Shown piece by piece: positions 63,413-64,000 of a stretch of DNA of 64,000 nucleotides; position 1 is the stretch's first letter; each line of letters opens with the position of its first letter. Origin of the DNA: Candidatus Cloacimonadales bacterium (GTDB lineage: Bacteria; Cloacimonadota; Cloacimonadia; Cloacimonadales; JAIOQZ01); NCBI GenBank assembly GCA_963665815.1, contig OY762463.1, forward strand, positions 1,600,001 to 1,664,000, read 5' to 3'. The notes beneath the pieces were generated by a model. That model did not search any database. It was not told the origin of the DNA and saw only the letters and a list, made by a program, of their open reading frames with translations. Made by a program: the position numbers and the translations under genes.

Positions 63413-64000
63413 TCATCCATGATTGAGCATATTGAAGTACTCTCCCTTCACTTCCATTAATTCGCCGTGACTTCCCTCTTCAGATATTGCTCCATTACTC
63501 ATAACACATATCTTGTCACATTCTTTTATTGTAGACAACCTGTGTGCGACAATTATCACAATAATATCATCCGGTAATTTGTGCAGTGTTTCCATTATGC
63601 TTTTTTCACTGATTGGATCAATGTTTGATGTTGCTTCATCCAATAATAGAATTTTAGGATTCTTTATCAGAGCTCTTGCCAGACTTATCCTTTGTTTTTG
63701 CCCAATTGAAAGACTGTTTCCTTTTACTCCGACATGCGTATCATATTTATCCGGCAAGTTCATTATTTGAGCATGGACAGATGCCATTTTACAAACAGCT
63801 ACAACATCTTCATATCCTGCTGACATGTTCGCAAATCGTATATTATCCATAATACTGCCATCAATTAGAACTGGTTCCTGATCGACAATTCCGATATATT
63901 TTCTTAATGCTACAATTTGACTATCACTTAGCTTATCACCATTTATATAAATCTCACCTGATATTGACTTGTGTAATCCTGATAATATTTTCAATAAAGT
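63413..64000 (-). CDS. ABC exporter ATP-binding domain (partial; MsbA/peptide-exporter type)
   Basis: DQEP, LSIGQKQR, LDEATS, AHRLST; 5' part lies outside the window. Confidence 0.9.
   Translation of the reverse strand, partial: TLLKILSGLHKSISGEIYINGDKLSDSQIVALRKYIGIVDQEPVLIDGSIMDNIRFANMSAGYEDVVAVCKMASVHAQIMNLPDKYDTHVGVKGNSLSIGQKQRISLARALIKNPKILLLDEATSNIDPISEKSIMETLHKLPDDIIVIIVAHRLSTIKECDKICVMSNGAISEEGSHGELMEVKGEYFNMLNHG

Overview
AT-rich bacterial chromosomal window, most likely from an anaerobic FCB-group organism such as Candidatus Cloacimonadota. This is an inference from secreted proteins ending in FlgD-Ig/T9SS-like C-terminal domains, a gingipain-like C25 protease, a Bat operon and a PorX-like regulator. 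Most of the window is housekeeping: bat operon, SNF2 helicase, rho, mutS, rmuC, lon, yggS, four tRNAs, rng, rplU/rpmA, pckA, tatD, tcdA, rseP, tgt, panB and an ECF sigma module. The main discovery candidate lies in an accessory segment between yggS and tRNA-His. It is a compact putative RiPP locus: a 56-aa precursor gene missing from the ORF track (41833..42003, minus strand, with a good SD), a lipoprotein beta-propeller and a translationally coupled radical SAM/SPASM maturase. The precursor gene is bracketed by a perfect 13-bp inverted repeat. Other points of interest are a YgeW-type knotted carbamoyltransferase paired with an atypical PLP enzyme, dispersed REP-like palindromes, a probable ATT start for tgt and a YtrA-type operator. 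All calls come from motif recognition by eye; no searches were run.
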